Assembly: GCF_009834535.1 (NCBI RefSeq) | Contig: NC_045697.1 | Coordinates: 62,560,001-62,624,000 of the forward strand | DNA: 64,000 nt | Origin: Camelus ferus | Lineage: Eukaryota | Reading direction: 5' to 3' | Part shown: positions 1 through 12,406 of the stretch, piece by piece | How positions within the stretch are numbered: the first letter of the stretch is position 1 | How the letters are laid out: each line of letters starts with the position of its first letter | The notes under the pieces: model-generated | Told to the model about the DNA's origin: nothing | The model's database searches: none | Seen by the model: the letters and a program-made list of their open reading frames with translations, nothing else | Made by a program: the position numbers and the translations under genes

Positions 1-70
1 ATTATAACTCAATAAAAAAGGTTTTAAAAAATTTTTTTAAGAGAGAAAAAAAGCAAAAAAAAAAAAAACA
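1..70 (+). mobile_element. 3' terminus and A tail of an L1, same family as 2096-5089
   Basis: attataactcaataaaaaaggttttaaaaa matches the reverse complement of the L1 end at ~2100-2125 (attataaatcaataaaaaatgtttaaaa). Confidence 0.7.
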
Positions 71-329
71 ACATGTTTTTGAAGTGTGGAAGGTCATGTG
101 AGGATACTCTATTGTTAAAAAATATTTTTTTTATTGATTGTGTCCAAGGAATGTTCAAGTGATGGAAACCTAGTACTGCAAATGTAAATTGGAAATACGG
201 TTTTGCAAAATACAAGTAAAATAGAATTACTGTCACACTGTAAAATGCATTAATTCCGATGACTGTTTTTTATACGAGGGAAATTTGGAACAACCAAGGA
301 AGAATCTATACACAAAAGTTGGGGGATGG

Positions 330-531
330 TTACAAGTAGAAACAACCAAACAGTGCCTTAAAGAATCAGAACAAGAAAGGCAAGAAAGATCCTCTCCTAG
401 AGACTTTAAGAAGAACATGGCCCGGCCAACTCCTTGATTTAAGACTTCTAGCCTTCAAGATCATGTCAGAATTGACTTCAGTTGCTTTAAGCCACACTGT
501 TCTGTTAGGATAGCCCTAGGAAACTAATACA
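330..531 (+). mobile_element. MaLR LTR 3' part (MLT1-type)
   Basis: ccttgatttaagacttctagcct...tttaagccac...gccctaggaaactaataca is a typical MLT1 3' end. Confidence 0.75.
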
Positions 532-2095
532 TTATGGTTCTAAGATTTCTCTAGGCTATGTTTAAGTATGACTCTTCTTTTTTGATCCTATTCCCTAAAA
601 ATCTTACATCTGATAATGTTCTTTAATTTCTTCTCTCCATTCTCTCTGTTCTCTCCTTCTGGAACACACTGACTCATGAAGGGAACCTCTCATCACTGCA
701 CTGTTAGTCACTCCATATTCATGATCAGGAAAAGGGTCTGACTGCACAGTCTGTTTGAATCCTGCCTTTACTCAATGACCTTAATTATTCTACAGGCCCT
801 TCCTGTTTTGTGTTCATATTTATTCTGAACATGGAATTTCTCTGAACAACGCAGGATAAACTGCCTTTTTCTGTGCAAAACCACATCTCTGCATATGTTC
901 TGGCTGTGGTTTCCCTATTCATGTTCCACCGTCTGATCCCACTGACTTTCTGTCTTCTAGATCTTTTTCATAATTTCTGGCCTATTGTCAAAATCCATTC
1001 TTGTTTACAGGTTTATACTTTGTAAATATACATCCTTATTGTTACATTAATAGATTTCCCGCAGGATAGGGAGTGAATGTGTGTGCTCAGTCTATCATTT
1101 TGAATCAGTTGACTGATAGTTTTTAATCTATTTATTTACCCAAGTTTGTATGTTTTCCCATCAGGCCTTTCAAACCATATTGGTATTCAAAGCTCTTCTG
1201 TAATTTTGTTTTTACTTTGTCTAGGATCCAGGCATAATTCATGGCTGTCTCTGAAAATAAGATATTTTTCTCTCCATGAGAGAATTATTGTTTTTATGCA
1301 AGCTGAAATTTTAATAATCTCATTTATATCATAGAGCTTATATGGTATTGGATAATATCCTCTAGTAAGAAAAATCCCTAAATATACTTTATTATGCCTA
1401 GGTTTAAATTTATTTATGTTCCAAACTAGTCATGCATATCCATGTAAGCCCCTAAATTTGGGAGAAGGTTAACTTGTCTTCTTAATGAAACTGCCAATTT
1501 AGACTTTTTTTCAAATGCCACATTAGTTTAGTTAGATTTTCTGGTTCATAGAAACACACACACACAAAATGTACAATGATAATACTTGCAATATTATTCC
1601 CTAAGGCAAATTTAGTGCTAGAGAGTCTCAATTTGTACTAATGCAGGCAGATAATTTTAAGTATGTGTGGCACAAAATGTCCGATTAATGACCTGCTTAA
1701 TTATCAGAAATCAATTAAAACAACTGTAAAATGAACACAAGACTAAAGATTTCCAAAGTGAAAAGAAGCAGATAAAATACAACATAAATTGAGAAGGCTT
1801 TGCCTTTCATTTTTATTTCATTCTGTTTGATTTCTTTAAGGAAACCTATTTTTCAGGGATTTTCAATATATTAACTCTAGAGCTTCGTATTTCTTAACCT
1901 TCAGTAGCAGGGCCTCAGAAAGGGTGGAAATAATGCATTTACAGTGTGACAGTATATTTTTTTTCTTTTTCTTTTCCCTTGGTATTATTTTACATTTTGC
2001 AGTATTTCCATCACTCAGAAAGGTACAGAGAATAATAAAAAAATACTACACCTATGTACCTAACACCCACATTCAATAAATGTTAATATTCTGGC

Positions 2096-5089
2096 TTTTT
2101 TTTAAACATTTTTATTGATTTATAATCATTTTACAGTGCTGTGTCAAATTCCAGTGTAGAGCACAATTTTTCAGTTATACATGAACATACATACATTCAT
2201 TGTCACATTCTCTTTCACTGTGAGCTACCACAAGATCCTGTATATATTTCCCTGTGTTACACAGTACAATCTTGTTTATCTATTCTACATTTTGAAATCC
2301 CAGTCTGTCCCTTCCCACCCCCCAGTCCCCTGGCAACCACAAGTTTGTATTCTATGTCAGTGAGTCTGTTTCTGTTTTGTATTTATGGTTTTTTTTTTTA
2401 GATTCCGCATGTGAGTGATCTCATGTGGTATTTTTCTTTCTCTTTCTAGCTTACTTCACTTAGAATGACATTCTCCAGGAACATCCATGTTGCTGCAAAT
2501 GGCGTTATGTTGCCCGTTTTTGTGGCTGAATAGTATTCCATTGTATAAATATACCACCTCTTCTTTATCCAGTCATCTGTTGATGGACATTTAGGCTGCT
2601 TCCAGGTCTTGGCTATTGTAAATAGTGCTGCTATGAACATTGGGGTGCAGGTGTCATTTTGAAGTAGGGTTCTTCTGGATATATGCCCAGGAGCGGGATT
2701 CCTGGGTCACTATGGTAAGTCTATTCCTAGTCTTTTGAGGAATCTCCATACTGTTTTCCCACAGTGGCTGCACCAAACTGCATTCCCACCAGCAGTGAAG
2801 GAGGGTTCCCTATTCTCCACAGCCTCTCCAGCATTTGTCATTTGTGGACTTTTGAATGATGGCCATTCTGACTGGTGTGAGGTGATACCTCATTGTAGTT
2901 TTGATTTGCATTTCTCTGACAATTAGTGATATTGAGGATGTTTTCATGTGCCTGTTGATCATTTGTATGTCTTCCTTGGAGAACTGCTTGTTTAGGTCTT
3001 TTGCCCATTTTTGGATTGGGTTGTTTGGTTGTTTCTTATTAAGTCATATGAGCTGCTTTTATATTCTGGCGATCAAGCCTTTGTCGGTTTCATTTGCAAA
3101 AATTTTCTCCCATTCCGTAGGTTGTCGTTTTCTTTTACTTAATGGTTTCCTTTGCTGTGCAGAAGCTTGTAAGTTTCATTAGGTCCCATTTGTTTATTCT
3201 TGATTTTATTTCTATTGCTTGGGTAGACTGCCCTAGGAGAACATTTTTGAGACATATGCCAGATAATGTTTTGCCTATATTTTCTTTTAGGAGGTTCATT
3301 GTATCTTGTCTTATGTTTAAGTCTTTGATCCATTTTTTAGTTTATTTTTGTGTATGGTGTAAGGGAGTGTTCTAGCTTCATTGCTTTACATGCTGCTGTC
3401 CAGGTTTCCCAACACCATTTGCTGAAGAGACTGTCTTTATTCCATTGTGTATTCTTGCCTCCTTTGTCGAAGATTAGTTGACCAAAAGTTTGTGGGTTCA
3501 TTTCTGGGCTCTCTGTTCTGTTCCATTGGTCCATATGTCTGTTTTTGTACCAATACTATGCTGTCTTGATGACTGTAGCTCTATAGTATTGTCTGAAGTC
3601 TGGGAGAGTTATTCCTCCAGCCTCTTTCTTTCTCTTCAGTAATGCTTTGGCAATTCTAGGTCTTTGTGGTTCCATATAAATTTTATTATGGTTTGTTCTA
3701 GTTCTGTGAAATATGTCCTGGGTGATTTGATAGGGATTGCCTTAAATCTGTAGATTGCCTTGGGCAGTGTGACCATTTTAACAATATTGATTCTTCCAGT
3801 CCAGTAGCATGGGATATCTTTCCATTTTTTTGTCTTGTTTAATTTCCTTAATCAGTGTTTTATAGTTTTCCATGTATAATTCTTTCACCTCCTTGGTTAG
3901 GTTTACTCCTAGGGATTTTATTACTTTGGGTGCTATTCTAAAGGGGATTATTTCTTTACTTTCTTTTCTGTTGATTCATCGTTAGTGTAAAGAAGTGTGA
4001 CTGATTTTTGAACGTTAATCTTGTAACCTGCTACCTTACTGAGTTCTTTGATTATTTCTAGTTGTTTTTGTGTGGACCTTTTAGAGTTTTCTATATATAG
4101 TATCATGTCATTGGCATATAGTGACACTTTTACCTCTTCTTTTCCAATTTGGATCCCTTTTATTTCTCTTTCTTGCCTGACTGCTGTGGCTAGGACTTCC
4201 AAGACTATGTTGAATAGGAGTGATGATAGTGGGCATCCTTGTCTTGTCCCAGATTTTAGTGGGAAACTTTTGAGTTTTTCACTGTTGAGTACTATGCTGA
4301 CTGTAGGTTTGTCATATATAGCTTTTATTATGTTGAGATGTATTCCCTCTATACCTACTTTGGAGAGAGTTTTTATGATAAATGGGTATTGAATTTTATC
4401 AAAAGCTTTTTCTGCATCTGTTGAGATGATCATGTGGTTTTTGTCATTTCTCTTGTTGATGTGATGTATTACACTGATTGATTTGCGTATGTTGAACCAT
4501 CCTTGTGTCCCTGGGATGAACCCCACTTGATCATGATGTATAATCTTTTTTATGTGCTGTTGGATTCTATTTGCTAGTATTTTGGTAAGGATTTTTGCAT
4601 CTTTGTTTGTCAGTGATATTGGTGTGTAATTCTCTTTTTTGGTAGTGTCTTTGCCTGGTTTTGTTATCAGGGTGATGGTGGCTTCATAGAATGAGTTTGG
4701 GAGTATTCCCTCCTTTTAAGTCTTCTGGAAGAGTTTGAGAAGGAATGGTGTGAGTTCTTTGTGTGTTTGGTAGAATTCCCCAGTGAAGCCTTCTGGTCCT
4801 GGACTTTTATTTGTGGGGAGGTTTTCTATTGCTAATTCGACTTCATTCCTAGTGATCGGTTTGTTCAAGTGGTCAGTTTCTTCTTGATTCAGTCTTGGTG
4901 GACTGTATGCCTCCAGAAACTTGTCTGTCTCCTCTAGGTTATCCAGTTTGGTTCCATATAGTTTTTCATAATATTCCCGTATGATATTCTGTATTTCTAT
5001 GTTATTTGTTGTAATTTCTCCATTTTCCTTTCTTATTTTGCTTATTTGTGCTCTCTTTATTCTTTGTGAGTTTAGCCAGAGGTTTGTCA
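2096..5089 (-). mobile_element. 5'-truncated, relatively young L1 (ORF2 RT and C-terminal region plus 3'UTR), frameshifted
   Basis: ORFs 4716-5102, 3948-4526 (GTRQGCPLS...SLYANDM, catalytic ADD changed to AND), 3337-3534 and 2446-2640 are L1 ORF2 pieces. Poly-T at ~2096. Confidence 0.97.
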
Positions 5090-5094
5090 CTAAA

Positions 5095-7320
5095 AAAGAC
5101 AAGTTATTTTTAAAGGAGTAAAAATGAAATTGGCAATTGTCTACTAATAAACAACATTGTATGGGAGAATAAAATGAAGCAATGTCTTCAAACTATTGAA
5201 AAGATATAGTTTGAAGCTAAATACTATACCCAAAAGAACTATTATTCAAAATGAGGACAAAATAGTTTTTTCAGTCATGTAAGTCTTCTAAAAATTAGCC
5301 CTTTGGACAAATTGCTGTTGTTTGGTGGACCCAACCACCATTCTTATCCTTTTTTCCCATTGACTTGTAACAGCCAATGTGTGCCAGCAGCATTATACAT
5401 TTCTGGCTGCTAATAAGTGAAAAATTTTCACTGAGTACTTGGGAAAATTTTTTTTTTTAAATTTCTTAATGCAAATTCTACTCTTTTCCTTTGCTCATCT
5501 TTCCTACTAGAAGGCTTACATGAAAACTGTGGCAGTAGCTATTCTGTTACTATCAGGAAAAGTAAATTGCAGAGATGTTGGACTAATATTACATAGCCCT
5601 ACCAGCATCTTGTAGTTATAAGACACAAATAAATTCCTGTTTGTCTAAGCTATTGTTATATGTATATCTTACTTGCAGATAGGCCATTTCTAATTAATAC
5701 ATTTACTATTAGAGCCTTTGAAATGATTATTTCAACATTTATTCCAGCAAAAGGAAAAGAGAATCTAAGAGAAAATAAGGTGGAAGACAAAAACATGATG
5801 ATCAGAGAAATCAGTAAATTTATAGTTAAATCTATACAAATATTGATGGAATTATGAACAAATTATTATCATGTTAAAATTTAAACCCAATAATCTTTCA
5901 GGTGATAATTTAGGAGAGTAGTAAAGTGTAAATGGGATGATGCTTTTGATGTATTTGGATGTATAATTTTACTTATGTAGAATTAAACATAGAATTAAGA
6001 TGGTCACAACAAGAATAAAAAATAGATTAACTTCTAAACCAAGAAACACAATCAAGGAAACATAATTATTTCAAAAAAACTGTAGTAAAAGTAAGAGAGA
6101 AAGAACAAAACATATGGTGAATGAAAAAACATAATATAAACTGCTTAAAGAATTCTAAACTTGTCTCTTCCCATAATAAAAATTCCATAAATTACTCTAT
6201 CAATAAAAGAGAGCTAGTCACATTTTGGACTGAATGAAAAATACAACCACAAGCTGTTTGCAGGAGGCATACCTAATAAAAAGTGAATTAAAAGGCCAAA
6301 AACAACATGGTAAAAATAGAAATTTCAGATGATTGGCAATAAGAACACAAGTAGTAAAAATAATGTACAAAAAATGTATAACAGCCATACATTTTTGACA
6401 TAAAAAATATAACAAGACAAATTAAGCAAAATCTAGTAGAAAAAGTTAATTTAATAAATTCTCAGTTGGAAGATATAAACATATTTTTCTCAGAAATAAA
6501 CAGATTAAAGTTACAAAAATAAATTAGAAAGTGAAAGATTGTGTAAAGCAATTATAAAGCTTTATTTATTGTTATATATTAAAGGTACATATTGTTGTAT
6601 ATATATCCTTTAAAGCACCCAAGGGATCTTTATAAAAGTTGACTGTACATTAAGTCACTAAGAGATTATTCAAAGTAGAAATTGTATCAGTGTTTTCTCT
6701 ATATATAATATATTAAACTAAAATTTTTTAAGATTGAGAACAGTTAAAATTAAAATTAAAACTTGTCCACATTAGCATCAAAATTTAACAGAATATGTGC
6801 AATATGTACAGAAAATGTAAAACATGTTTTAAAAAATGGAAGCCTGAAATAAATGAAAAGATAGACCATGTTCATGGATCAGAAGACTCAATATTGTTAA
6901 GATATAAATTCTAGCCAAAAATACATTTGTTAATAAAAACATTTAACATCAAATGAGTCAAGCATTTCAGAGAATATATTAAACTCACATAATATAATAA
7001 GAAAAAATTAATATACAGAAAAACTTAACAAACTAAAACAAAAAATGGTGTAATCAATAAAAACCAATGCTGGTTAGTTTAAAGATGAAGAAAGTGGACA
7101 ATCATTGGATAACATTATGAAGAAAAAAAGAAAAATATGTCAAATTTTGGGAATAAACTATTTACCTCACAGAGCTATTGATAAATTTGTATTTTTAATA
7201 CAAAGAAATTTACATATAATTTTTTGTGTTTTGTTTGAGAATCTAAATGAAATAGATAAATTTTAAGGAAAATATAAAGTATCAATATGACTCAGGAAGT
7301 AGAAAACCCTACAATTGTAT
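5095..7320 (+). mobile_element. Ancient, highly decayed L1 (L1ME-like) ORF1/ORF2 fragments, interrupted by an old MLT1-type LTR (~5310-5701)
   Basis: ORF1 C-terminal-like sequence at 5100-5270. aaataaatgaaaagatagaccatgttcatggatcagaagactcaatattgttaaga at ~6850. LTR end ttacttgcag...ctaattaataca at 5701. Confidence 0.6.
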
Positions 7321-7564
7321 GAATTAAGTATTATCACTATTATTATAAAAATATTATAATATCAATATTATTTCTGTTTTAGAAATTAGTATCCTAAGAC
7401 ACAGAGAGGTTAAGTTTCTTGCTTAGGTAACCCAGCTGCTAAAAAGTAGAAATCTGTACAAAATCCATGATATTGAGCACTATATTATGCTATTTAAATA
7501 AAATTATGGTTTCATTTCTTCCATAAATAAGATTTTGTGCTATAATTTAAGAAATATCCCTGCA

Positions 7565-8306
7565 GGTTATGCAGTAAGAGAACCCTCCTACACTGTTGGT
7601 GGGAATGTAAATTGGTGCAGCCACTACTGAAGAACAGTATGGATATTCCTCAAAAAACTAAATTTAGTTACCACATGATCCAGCAATCCCATTCCTGGGC
7701 ACATATCCAGAAAAAATGAAAACTCTAATTCAAGAAGATTCATGCACCCCAATGTTCATAGCAGCACTGTTGACAATAGCCAAGACATAAAAGCAACCTA
7801 AATGTCCATTGACAGATGAATAGATAAGATATGGTATACATATGCAATGGAATATAACTCAGCCATTAAAAGGCTGAAATAATGCCATTTGCAGCAACAT
7901 GGATGGACCTTGATAGAGATTATCATACTAACATAAAGTTAAGTCAGAGAAAGACAAATATCATATGATATCACTTATATGTGGAATCTAAAAAAAGATA
8001 CAAATGAACTAATTTGAAAAACAGAATCAGACTCACAAAGAAAACAAACTTATGATCACCAAAAGGGAAAGGGGGGTTAGGATAAATTAGAAATTTAAGA
8101 TTAACAGATACACACTAGTATATATAAAATAGATAAACAACAGGGACCTACTGCATAGCACAGGGAAATATACTCAGTATCTTGTAATACCTATAATGGA
8201 ACAGAATCTGAAAAATATACATGTATAAGTATAACTGAATCACTTTGCTATACACCTGGAACATTGTAAATCAATTATACTTCAATTAAAAAAGAAAAGA
8301 AAAAAA
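7565..8306 (+). mobile_element. L1 3' end (ORF2 tail, 3'UTR, A tail)
   Basis: gaaccctcctacactgttggtgggaatgtaaattggtgcagccacta...gtggaatctaaaaaa...tatacttcaattaaaaaag. Confidence 0.95.
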
Positions 8307-8864
8307 TTTGATTTATACAAGTGTATTTGTCATATTATGACCCACTTACTTCCAACCATCCCAGAAATTGTTAAAGATAATTTATTCACCAATTCAATAA
8401 GCATTTATTAAACATTATTCACCTACCAGGCAAAATGGGTATCGTTGTCCTTAGGACCTCTCTGACTAAAGAGAGTTAATTTATATTGAGTTAATATATC
8501 TTAATACTTTAATACTAAAGTGTAGAAAAAAATAGCAATAATGATGTGCAGAATAACAATAAAGCTAGTAGTACTGTACAAAATTCAGTAAGTAGACAAA
8601 GAAAGGAATGACTGACTATGTGTGGAAATGAGGAAACAGCCATAACCTTCTGAGCATCTCCTGAGTTTTAGGAAAAATAATACAGTGATGGTAAAAAACT
8701 TATCAGAAACCCTGAACATATCTACAAATTGTAAAGTATACCATAATATTCCTCACAATGAGGGAAAACTGCTGTTGATGAAAACTAGGAACTGGAAATT
8801 GTCATTTCCTTCGATTCGTTGTTAGAACTAATTTGTGGAGACTGGCCTGTCCACTGTTTACCTG

Positions 8865-9030
8865 AAGGCACTTTATGTATGTTAATGCATTTGTCTCCAC
8901 AATATTGTTATGAGGTAAACATTTTTACCCATTTTACAGGTGAAGTAACTGAGGCCCAGAGGCACTAATTACCTTTCTCTAAAGACTGTAATTATAGCAC
9001 ACAGAAGGGCTAGAACTAAACTCCAAGCTC
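8865..9030 (-). mobile_element. MIR SINE
   Basis: MIR core cccattttacaggtgaagtaactgaggcccagagg. Confidence 0.8.
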
Positions 9031-11871
9031 TTGTGTCTGTGGGAGGATAGTAATGGGAGCAGTGCAGGCCAATGATGTTGCTCTAGGTTGATGACCATGG
9101 AGAAGGTTGTGAGAATTGTGGGAAGGGAGTTCCCGTAGAGTGGCCATAAGACTGGACCCAATGGAATATGGTGAACATATAGTAGAAAAGTCCAAGTGGA
9201 AATTACAGATCTATGGTATAAAAAGGTAGAAATAGGATGTTGCTCTTCCAAAGTGCACATTGTCTGTGAAAAAGGATTTGAGCCTTGAATAAGGGATTTG
9301 ATATGTGAAAGAGAAAGCTGCAGGGAAGGCAGTAAACGGCAGAGAAGGGTGACGGGGCAGGCGCAGACTAACTCAGCAGACATCGATACTTTGCCTGACA
9401 TTTGTGTCATTTCTCTCCACCTGGGTGGAGACAAAGCAATGCTGTATCTAAAGAAACTTTGTCATGTTCAGCTGTGAGTATATGCAGCTCTTATAGGAAC
9501 CAGACTTTATTATAAAGGCAGTATTTTTCCAGGAGCTGTGGCTGCTTGGGAACATTATATTAAGCCAGGAGTTTTTAAGCGTTGCAGGTCATCAGGGTGA
9601 TCTGAGGGGGGAATTCCTGTAGGACAGGGGAAGGGAGGCAGGGGACAGGGTGGCAGGGGACAGGGTGAGAAGTGCTGGCAGACAGATCAGTGGGGTTTCC
9701 CTTTCCATTATGCACCTCGGTACATCAGCAGATCATTTGGTCAGAAATAAAGGTTGCTTGGAACATCATTTAATTGAGATGGAAGTCCTAGAAGCAAAGG
9801 GAGGATTCCTGTCTCTAGTGGACCTGGAGTCTTGGTTTAAAAATACCTCTGCTCTGAGATCAGATTTAAAATATTAATAAATCCATTTCTCCTGAGATCT
9901 TTTTATCTCCTATTATAAAACCTAATTTTCTTAATTTTTTACTTCTTTCCGTACAAAAACCAGCTACAATGGTGAGGCAAAAAAACTTTGGTTTGGGCTC
10001 TTCTTTTTTCAAATTCATGTAATTTTCTTTCTCAGACCCACTGCCCCAAGTGCCTAGAACACTCATGCTGTCCCTCCCAACTACTACCTAGCCTCCTGTC
10101 TTCCCACCTGCTTGTGTTCATTCCCTTACTAATCCTGCTGGGGAAACCCTTACCTGTGCTGCAGGAGGATAGGGTGAATGTGTTACACCTAGCAGGGCTG
10201 TTTTGCATTCTAACTAAAGATCCCTGATGCTGGTGCCTGAAATCCTTATGATGTGCAAATGATGTGCAAATCAATCTTTAAAAGTGGAATTTCAGGTACC
10301 TAGGTAAGCTATGGCAAAGAGATTTGTGAAGTGAAAAATTCTTTTTCTTGTGTGATTTTTTTAATCTACCAAAACTGAAATAGACCAGAATTTCTTTACA
10401 GGCCCTATGAGAACTAACACTATTTCGATCTGCATTATGGAGTATTGGGAAGATGCATTCCCTCCAGATGCACCAGTAAAGTCTGATACAAAGGATTACT
10501 GCAAGGCTGCACACTTCATCTGTGCACCGAGGCGAGCCCTAGCAACTGCTATCGGATACATAAAGAAAATAATGCCAACAACTAATTTTACCACCCTCTA
10601 CCTCCAGGTCAAAGAAGCCATATGATCTGCCATTACAGAGTTTTCAGGAGAGACATGAGGACACAATTCAGTAGACTGCATAGCTTTCCTTCATTACACT
10701 GGAATAGCTTTTCTTTATTTTGGGAGGAAGTCCAGAAAGGTGATAGCTGTGACAACTCACCCAGTAAATTAAAATAGCCATCTGTTTCAAAAAAAACAAC
10801 TTTTTTTTTTCAAAGGATCAGGCAGAAATACAACACAGTCAGGATTGGTATTTTTAGTAATTGTCATTCTTATTGGATTAATTCCTTTCTGTCTCTCTTC
10901 AAAACACAGCACATTTCATTCTTTTTATTTTTTATAAGCACATACATCCTTATTGGACCTTTCATAAAACATGACGCATTTCTATCCAACTGCCTCCCTT
11001 TTCCTTCTCAAACTCACCTCTAATGACTTCACCATTGCTAGCAATTTAAAGATAATTCACTGATTGACATTCTTCTTACCAAGATGGTCATTTCTCAATG
11101 ACAGATGGCATGTAGTCTAATATCAATTATTAATCGGAGAATTTTTTTCTTGTAACAAAAATAAGAGCAAACCAACTAGTTACTGAGTTTCTACCATGTG
11201 TTCACATTTGGTGACAAATTATAAAATGAGAGAAACTAATCATTTCCAAGTGTCTACTGTGTCTTTAGCATTTAAAAATAAATAACCTCACTTGCAGTTC
11301 AGAAAAGCTAAGCAAGCTTCCCAAAGTTATATGGATATATAGCTTTGAAGTAATAGATTCAGGGTTCAACTTCAAATCCATATACTTTGAAGGCTGAGAA
11401 AACACCCAGCATAACGTATTGCCTGCAGGCATAGAGAGAGCTCTCAAAGTGCAGAAAGTCAGGGGCAAGACTTAAGAGCAAAGAGAATGCCTCCAATCCA
11501 AAACACCTCAGATGAATGAGTGAGAGAAAGAGGATATCCCAAATGCTAATAATTCCGTGACAGGAAATGTGGTGGAGCTTGCTTTCCTGGAAGCAGGGGG
11601 CAGAACAAGGATTTCCTACAGATTTGGATCCTGGGGGATGGAGATATGGAGAATTTTGTAGCTGGAAGAATGGTAGTCTGATGGTTTCAGTGTTGAGTAT
11701 GATGTGCTGTGGACATTGAAGACAAGCCAGGAGTGAATAATACTGTCATCCAGAATTATCAGTAAGAGTGATTCTTTAGACAAGAAATAGAATGTTTATT
11801 TCCTACAGAAAGTTCCTTTGTATTCCTTTGTATTTGTTTTCTTCCCAAAGGCAATCACTTTCTAGTTTCTA

Positions 11872-11963
11872 TGTTAAGAACTGTGAGAAGTCTGTGATTT
11901 TACCTTTTGTGAAATCTAGTAAGTCTTCCTGCCAGTTTCACAGATTCTGGCAGAAGGCATGAG
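11872..11963 (-). mobile_element. ERVL LTR40-like 3'-terminal fragment
   Basis: tgttaagaactgtgagaagtctgtgattttacc...cagtttcacagattctggcagaaggcatgag. Similar to the start of the LTR at 30096. Confidence 0.6.
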
Positions 11964-12104
11964 TTATAATAATAGTGAAACAGTTTTGGATTCTAAGCAA
12001 AGAAGCTGTGAAGAATTATTATAGCTGTTAAAGCAAGGTCAAGGATGAAACCTCATTAAGAGGTGGTGAACAAATAATAGAAGCCTTCAATGAAATATGG
12101 ACTG

Positions 12105-12406
12105 TATTATGGACAGAATATCCGTGTCCACCACCCCATATTTATTTGTTGAAATCCTAACCCCTCAATGTGATGGTGTTAGGGTGTTGGGCCTTTAGGA
12201 GGTAACTGGGTCATGAGGGTGGAGCCCTCATGAATAAGATTAGTGCCCTTGTAAGAAGAGACTTGAGAGCTTGCTTAGACTCTCTGCTTTCTGCCATATG
12301 AGGGTGTATTGACAAATCAGTAGACTGCAACCCACAAGAAGGCCATCATCAGAACTCAACAACGCTGGCACCTGGATCTCAGACCTTAAGCCTACTGACT
12401 AAGACA
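12105..12406 (+). mobile_element. Solo MaLR LTR (MLT1A-like) with 5-bp TSD gactg and an internal 3' deletion
   Basis: gttgaaatcctaacccctcaatgtgatgg...gggtggagccctcatgaat...gactaagaca. TSD at 12100-12104 and 12407-12411. Confidence 0.9.

Noticed and set aside
3948..4526. 192-aa reverse transcriptase ORF
   Set aside because: Fragment of a truncated, frameshifted L1 ORF2 with the catalytic motif mutated (YAND).
8979..9434. 151-aa minus-strand ORF
   Set aside because: Non-ATG start, ends in a MIR, no recognisable domain; likely chance.
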